A stretch of 64,000 bases of DNA from Vicugna vicugna (lineage: Eukaryota): assembly GCA_013265495.1 (NCBI GenBank), contig MU058687.1:1240001-1304000 (forward strand), written 5' to 3'. Position numbers and translations under genes: made by a program. Positions within the stretch are counted from its first letter, which is position 1. The number at the start of each line of letters is the position of its first letter. The notes beneath the pieces are model-generated. The model did not search any database and was not told the DNA's origin. It saw only the letters and a list, made by a program, of their open reading frames with translations. Shown in pieces: positions 56,239 to 64,000 of the stretch.

Positions 56239-59200
56239 CTGGAAAAGAAAGGAATTATGAACCCATTCCCTGAAAAAACTGTTCCAATCAAGAACACAAA
56301 GTAACAGAGGAGACTTTTTAAAAGTTTCACCAAGCTTAAAATCTCTTCTGCCATCATTCTAACTCATTTTAAAATTTGGGCATCTTCCCTTCCCTATAAC
56401 CCCTTTATATGTTTCCATCTCACTTTTTTAATACTTTAATTTTGATTAAAACCTCCTTAGAAGCACTGTAATATGGTAGGCTATAAAAGATACTATTTTC
56501 CCAAGATTTCTGACTTAATAAAGCACTTAACTTTGCCTTTCCACTTATGTCTAAGAAATAAACAATATTATTAGAGTAAGTGTGAGAATCATAGTATTAG
56601 TCAAATGTGGTTTTAGAAGAAAACAACAAATTCCCAACAGGGACTGCACAGGAATGAGAGAGTATGTAAACCATAGCAGCATTAAGATGATAAATCAAAC
56701 CGTAAAATTAGAGAATTCTGATTTGCTCATTTAAATTCCACAACAGCTCTAAGGTTTGCTTCAAAGCTCTAGAGCACAGATGAATCCTAGGTCTGCTAAA
56801 GAAGACAAAACAAAACAAAAAACAAAAAAGCTGCACTGTGTATTTTGTTTTTAATTACACAGCCAGTTATCAAAAGAAATCTCCAAAGACTTCCCTGTAT
56901 GCTCAGTAATGAAGGGTGTGAGAAAGAAATAAACTATCTTCCTTTTCCAAACTAGACCACTGTGAAATCTCCAAGAGTATCTGATAACTAAAGTCATACA
57001 TGACCAAAGCAAGGATTTCATTATTCTATTTGTTTTTTCTTATCAATCTTAGACTATGATTTACGTTTAAAATGGGGATAGACCACCAGAGCTTTCCAGA
57101 TATTAAAACTCATATACCAGCTGCTCTTACATTTTTTCCACAGAGAATTCTTTGAAAAAATGTATCTACATTTGCTTTTTTGCTCCCTATTTCCCATTCA
57201 TTCTCTCTATGCACCTCCCTACTTTTTCTTTTGTCCAGTTCACCTTCCGTGTTCTTTTTCTGTTAAATGTTAACAGCAGTTAATATGGGCTGAATGGGGG
57301 TTTAAGGGTGTTCTTATGTTCTCTCTGCTAAACTATATTTTTCACCAAATACATGAAGAACAAGATAAAGTTCTTTAAAATAAAATTAGAAGCTGTTATT
57401 AAGGTAGGGATTTAAAACTTGAGTTTATATTTAAGGTACCTAAAATGTGGTGTTGGATTTGTAATGATCTACCTAAGTTTTCTCTCACTGGATGTACATT
57501 TTCTTACATTCATAAAACGCTGGGTAGTTAATGGCATGACTGACAGCTACAGAACAGAATAAAGCTAATTGGGTATAAGATTTACCAAATGGTTAGTTGT
57601 GTGTGTGTGTGTACTACTGACTTCATATAGAGCATATAGAGGGGCAGAGCAAAGAAATTCTCCAGGAAAAAGATACAGAAGATATATAATAAGATGAACC
57701 TTAGGCTGTTAAACATTTTCCCTTCTGGTGTGTACCTTCCCCTCCAAAGCTTCCTGAATGAGACAGCCTAAAGGCAATGGCATGATACATCTTTAGAGTT
57801 AAGTGATTTAAGGCTCCCTGAATAGAAACTTACAAAAGGAACTAGAAGTGAAACTATGGCTGTGCCTCTGCCAGCTGAAAATAATATTTTAAAAAATTAC
57901 TTTGAAGACGACTTCTAACTCCCCACTCTTTTTTTGGTTAAACGACAGTAGCCCAAAGGCCCAAAACCCAAAAAAGGATGAGAGAATTAAAATAAATTTG
58001 ATACTGAGAATGGCCTTTGTAGATTATAGCCCAAAAACCTGTTCCCAATCCTTTCCTTTCTGGTGTTTCATTTATTTTTCAGTTGTTCAAGAAACACATT
58101 AATATGTCCTCCTGCTGAAGAATTTAAATTATTCAGAAGCAAAGGGAACAAAGACAAAAGCCCCATCTTCATAGCTCCTTAATCCCCATATTCCTTCACA
58201 GAGGTAACCTTGGTTGTGAACCTGGTGTGTATCTTTTCAGACCTTGTTAGAAGGTACACACACAACTTACGCTTTTGTATGTGTAAAAATGACGCAGAAA
58301 AATATAATTAAAATAGTTACAAATATAATCATAATGTATATATTGTCCTATGGCTTCCTTTTTTTCATTTTCTTTCCAAAAACTTCAGTGATTGTAGATT
58401 CACCTCATTCTTATTAAATGCTGTATAGTATTCCATATGGCATACAGATCATTGTATACTTAATCCTTCAATTCCTTAATCCCTTTTCTAGTATAGGGCC
58501 TACTCTAAATCTATACCTCTATTCATAATGTATCTTCCAAGTAGATTTCATTTCCTCAATGAAATAATTACTCTATGCTATCCTTAATTCAGTAAATTAT
58601 TTTTATACTTCTTGAGTGGGACGAAGGTCTCTTTCCCTAATAAAAAAATTCTTTACCCAAGAACTATCTCTATTCTTGATATTACTTTAAAATCTAGTAA
58701 ACTTGAAGAACTGTCAAGAAACTAAAACAACACTGAACATCAACTTGCTGTTTCAACCATCTAACACATCATGGATACTTGGTGGTAAACAGCAAAAATA
58801 ACGAATCTATTTCTACATTTAATCTAAACCTAGAAATCAAAAGAAATGTAAAAAAGTTTTTAAAAAATATTTTTAAGACCCTAACAACAGTGCTTTTTTG
58901 AGTGCTTACTATGTGTGCAAGGCACCAAGATAAATTATGATCTCTGCTCCTAATAAGCTTACAGTCAGGTGGAGAGGCTCACATAAAAAGCTATAACCAT
59001 AATATAAAGCATTATGTATTAACTTCTACAACAAAGGTACACATCAGAAGTGGAATGGAAAGAAAGTAGCATGAGATTAATTATAATTGGAAGGATAACG
59101 GAAAGCTTAACAGGGAATGGGTGAATTGCATCTCACAAGTTGTGCAGGATTTTAAAAGATGAGAGAGACAGACATTTAAGGCTGAGGGGAACCTGTAAAC

Positions 59201-62200
59201 CAACACACAGAGGGAGGAGAGTGTAGGCTCTGGGAGATCACGTGTAGTCCAGTTATAAATAGGTGCGCGTGTGTGTGCATGCACACAATCATGTGTTAAT
59301 ACACACACGTGCTTGGGGATGGAGGGTGGGTGATGGTAAATATAAGGCTCAAAAGTTAGGCTGAAGCTAAATTGAGGAAGAAGATGAAAAAGGTAATGCA
59401 ATGAATTAAACCTATTAGTATAAATCCAGAATGTGATACATATTGTATATCTTGTCATCTCACTTAATCCTCATAACCCTATATATAGAGTGAATATGAT
59501 TATTCCTAAATTTCTCAGGTGGGAAACTAAGGCTCTAAGTATTAAATTACTTGCCCAAGATCTCAGAGCTTCGTGGAGCTGGATTGCAATCCAAGTCTGA
59601 GTTTATATTTTATTGTGTAAGTGTTTTTCTGGCTCAGAGGTGAAGTTAATGAGCTACATTAGGCTGCAAGGATCTGAGTAAGTTGTCCAGTTTATCAGTC
59701 AAACTTCCTAGTTTTCATACTGCTATTACTCTAATTTTTATAGACTAAGAGAGTAAAATTCAAAAACAAATTATCCTAAGTATCAGGTAGACCCTCTTCA
59801 CTTTCCCAGGACTAAGCATTCAGCCAGTATCACTGAGACTATATCACAGAGAGTGAAAAAGCTAACAAGAAAAGCTCTATCAATACGCCCACTGACTGTT
59901 CTGCTATTCTAAGCACCTGATTTAATGTTCAAAGTGTCTGTAAGAATGTGACATTATACATGTTTCATGAAGGCATGTCATTATTCTTCTAGTCTACTTT
60001 TATCTTCCTTGGTTGAAAGGATGACATGTGTTTTGTCAACAGTTCGATAAAAGCAAAGCCTATTTAACAATATGTAACAAAGGTTCTCCACTAGGAGGTA
60101 GCATTCCCCTTGTAGGCTGCATTTAGCCACTAACCAACCAAAGAATATCAGAGCTACAAGAGACTTCATTTTACAAATGAGGAAAACTTGACGATTCCGT
60201 AAAGTTACTCAGTCCTTCGGGTAGAAGACCAAGACTAGCAGAACCATGGTCTCTTGACTCCCTACCCAGGGTTACCAAAGCATTTATTCAGCATCAAATC
60301 TGCAAAGCTCTGCTCTAGAACACAAGCAAAAAGGAATCCCTGACTTCCAAAAGCACACATACTCAGCGTATCCAAATCTTACCTATCTTTCTAGCATTAA
60401 CCAGGAAGCCTCCTTTAACCACCCCGTCCACACTGATTCCCTCTTCCCTAAAGCCGTACAATACTTAGACTGTGCCACACAATTAACATTCAGACATTGT
60501 TCTATTCACATGATTTTGATTTTCATCTTTTTTCCCCACACTAGTTTAGATCTTGAACTCAACGGAATTAAAACGATGCACACTTTGTATAATCCCAAAA
60601 GCCTGATACATGGTACACACATGTAACTGACCCATTATGGCCATTCTGTGCCTTTCTTCAAAGGAGCCAACTTTCTCATAGTGGATATTAGGTGCTGCTG
60701 ATCCCCTGAAGTCAGCAGTTCCTATACATTAACAGCATTCTGTACCTACTTTTACTCAGCATTCATTTTCACAAGGCCCACTGCCTAGGAGAAAGTTCTA
60801 TCACAGTATCTATTACCACAATATCTATCACTCTCATCTGCAGTGGTAGGTAGTGCTTGGAAAAGCTTTCCCTGCACATCTACAATACCTCCAAAATAAC
60901 TGTAAAATTACTACTTCTTAAACCACATCCAAATCTTCCATTCCAATGATGATCTGAATCTATCGAGTTCAGTTATATGTAATTGTACCAAGGAAAGGTG
61001 TTAAATCTGAAAAATTGCTTAAACACACATGTGAAACCAGCCTATAGAGAATCACTAGATTCTTTTCCTTGGTGGAACATTAAGAAACTTGAGAGAAGCT
61101 TCTTGAGGTAAGCCAGATGCAGTCAAATTATTCTGTTATCTCCACAGCCTCTGCAAATTTTAGAAGCATAGCAACAAAAATGGAGACTATCCAGTCTAAT
61201 ATAATCAAGATAAAGAAGACAGACTTACACCCAAAGGCAAGGCAAGTCTACTTATGCGTGGGGGTATATGAATCACAGGCTTCTCCATGGAAGGTCAAAA
61301 GGTCAACAATGTGCCAAAGTAAGTCCAGATAATACTGCCAATCTTAGGGCTAAATGAATGAAATTTAGCAAGATCCTATTTACACTGCCATAGCCATCTG
61401 GCAGTTTCCAGAAAGGGAAGAAGTGAGATAAAATCTACTAAACTGATTACTTACGTGTCAGGTGCTTTACCCATGTTATTTCATTTAACTTATGTCAGGA
61501 AGGGGATTTGAGATCTAGTATGTAGAAGCAGAGTTCCTCCTTCCTGAGGGCATTCAGAGAAAAAGAACTTTTGGAAAGTCTTCAGCTGTTACTCCAACAA
61601 AGGCAACTATGTTTTTGATGTATCTGTTGATAGCAAAGGACAGACCAGTAGAACTCCTAGGCAAAACAGGATTTTAGTTGTGGTGAAATGCTGATATTCA
61701 CAGCATGAAGGGACATACACAGCCCAAGAGTTAGAGGATATGTCAGACAGCTCCTTCTTGGGATAATTACCTTCATCCCCACAACTGTATGAACAGACAG
61801 TAAGTCCCTGCAAACAGCTGTTCTAGTTCACAGACCACAAACTAAAAAGAGATGCACATATTGATTCTACAAAGATGCCATCCTCTGAGGGGCAAAAGAT
61901 AGTGGTGAGAGGTCCTTAAAATAGAACAGAGGGAATCAAAAGTACTTCATTTCTGAGGCCATATGCATTCTGTCTCTTTAAAGAATTCAAACTACAAGAC
62001 TATGCTTCTTTACAAAATGGCAACCATTCTGCCTTCCAAATACTATCACGTTACATTTATATCGTGTTTGCATAGCAATCCACATGCATTAACTAATCCT
62101 CCATAACAATTTAGCAAGTAGCGTGGTCCTCTGCCCAGCTATTAAAACACTGATTTCTAACGAATTTTACAGGACCACATAGGGTTTCAGAATTAAGGAG

Positions 62201-64000
62201 TCCACAAGTGTGAGGGACAGAGACGTTAGATGTGAAAAAATTAAAGAAACGTGACATTTTCCTAAATCTAAAAACTGATGCTAAAGGGCCCTAAACTTCT
62301 GGAGATAAAGGCTTTCCACTGCCTCAAAACCTCTACCTATGCTTAGTGCTCTCTGGTAATTAACCAAGGAACAAGTGCTTCTATTATCCATGTTCTTGTC
62401 ACAGTATTAGCCCAGAGACAACTAACAGCTGTTTTTGAGCAAGGTTCAAGGGAGCCTAGCCACAGACTGAGAAAAAGGGCTGGTCTTTGGCCTGTGTCAT
62501 AACCACTTCTCCTCCTCTGTCTCAGTCTGATCTGCTTTTTTGGTGGTAGGAGGGTAGGTCACCGAACAAAGTAGTGGGAGGAGTTTCTTGGTTAGGTAAC
62601 AGAATTTAAGAGTTGTGTTGTAACCATGTGCGTAAAGAAAGGCTTAGGACGTGCCAGACTTTCGAAGCAGGAAGCAGGCAAAGGAAGCACTGTGGTTTCC
62701 TTTCTGCTAGGGATTCCCCTCTTGGGTTAAGTAAAAGGTCAGAAAAGATAAAGGCCCTTTCCCAGTGTCAACTAAGTCCAAGGACAATGGAAATTCCAGG
62801 AGGTATGGGGGTTCTAAAATGTTATACGACAGTGATGTCCACATCATTCTGTATGTAAACTCACAACAATACTATGTGTTTTAGAGAAGAACAAGCTGTG
62901 TCTAATGTCTAATCAAGTGTCCTGTCATTTAATATAGAATACCTAATGATGGCCATCATATTGGGGGCGGATTACGACAGGTAAAAATTCCACATAGTAG
63001 GAATTCAATGAATGCTTGCTTAGAGAATGGTCTGAGGCTGAGGATATAGCAGTAGTAATCCAAAACTGAAAATCTTTTACCTATTCTTCCACCTCCTAAC
63101 AACAAAACATTTTTCTTAGTGTTTTATACCTTACAACAGCACTTTAACTTTATAATTAATTATAATTTAGATTCTTCTGAATCATAAAAGTTGAAAAGGA
63201 TTTTCAACTTATTCCATCAAAAAGGCTCTTGCTTTATTTCTTTTAATTAAACTAGCCTGGAGACCGAAACAAGCAAATCAAAGTCTCTACCAGGAACTGT
63301 CTTCCATTCATGTTTGCATTGCTTGCTCCTGTTTATTGCCCATAAATAACTCAGTCTAGTTTTGTTCAGTTGAGCACATGAACTAGGGAAGAAGAGGAAA
63401 GACCTCAAGAGCTGCAATTACTGCAGTGCTCCTTCCTGCTGCAGGATTTGCCAGGCGCTTCCAGTCTTCTTCCATTTTAGGCTATTTCCCTGCCAAGTTC
63501 TGACCAAAGATAGAACAACTTCTCCTTGTTACATCATTCCTAGAAAATACCCTAAAATCATTTAAAACAACTTCCCTTTGTTTATGCAGTTTACATTCTT
63601 CAAAGGCCATTTACATCTCCTGTACCACCCCACCTCTTCTTCATGCCTTCAGCTACTGTCGTAAAAAGACTCTGATCTGGGTAAAAACACTCTTATCTTT
63701 CTGTAAAGATCAATCCTTCGGTCCTAAATAGTTCTGGTGGTTTTTCAAAGGTGCTCTTCATTTGAAGAACCATCTTGTGCTGACCTAGAGTCTCTCATAA
63801 TAGAGGAAAAAAAAGGGTTCAGTCCCCCTTCCCCTTATTATATGCACACCCCCACCTCCCTACCATCCAAGTAAGTGTCAGTTTTTAATCTCTACAGTAC
63901 TTCCTGTCAACAAAAACCTAGTCTCTTGCAGTTTTTTCTTCCATCTTGCTCTCTTCCTGAAAAGTTTGAAATTATTTTAACTAAAAGCTACTCTTGCCTA

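Overview
Mammalian nuclear DNA, not prokaryotic. Three copies of a tRNA-derived SINE resembling camelid Vic-1 point to a camelid. The window holds the ZC2HC1C-NEK9-TMED10 block (human 14q24.3 order). ZC2HC1C (+) has a CpG promoter at about 3.6-3.8 kb and coding exons 4691-6022 and 10434-10697 (531 aa, two C2HC zinc fingers). NEK9 (-) is complete: 22 GT-AG coding exons from 47766 to 16277, 2937 nt, 978 aa. TMED10 (-) contributes its last two coding exons and 3' UTR. The rest is intron or intergenic DNA with L1, L2, MIR, hAT elements, SINEs and a MER41-like solo LTR. I found no support for a wholly new multi-gene system. The best leads are regulatory or evolutionary: a perfect-Kozak uORF before NEK9, loss of two S-S-P Plk1-docking motifs known from human NEK9, an intact second zinc finger in ZC2HC1C, candidate poison or alternative exons, an AATAAA overlapping the TMED10 stop codons, and a MER41-like LTR with an N4-spaced STAT site. 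Human comparisons and repeat subfamily names are from memory and need database checks.
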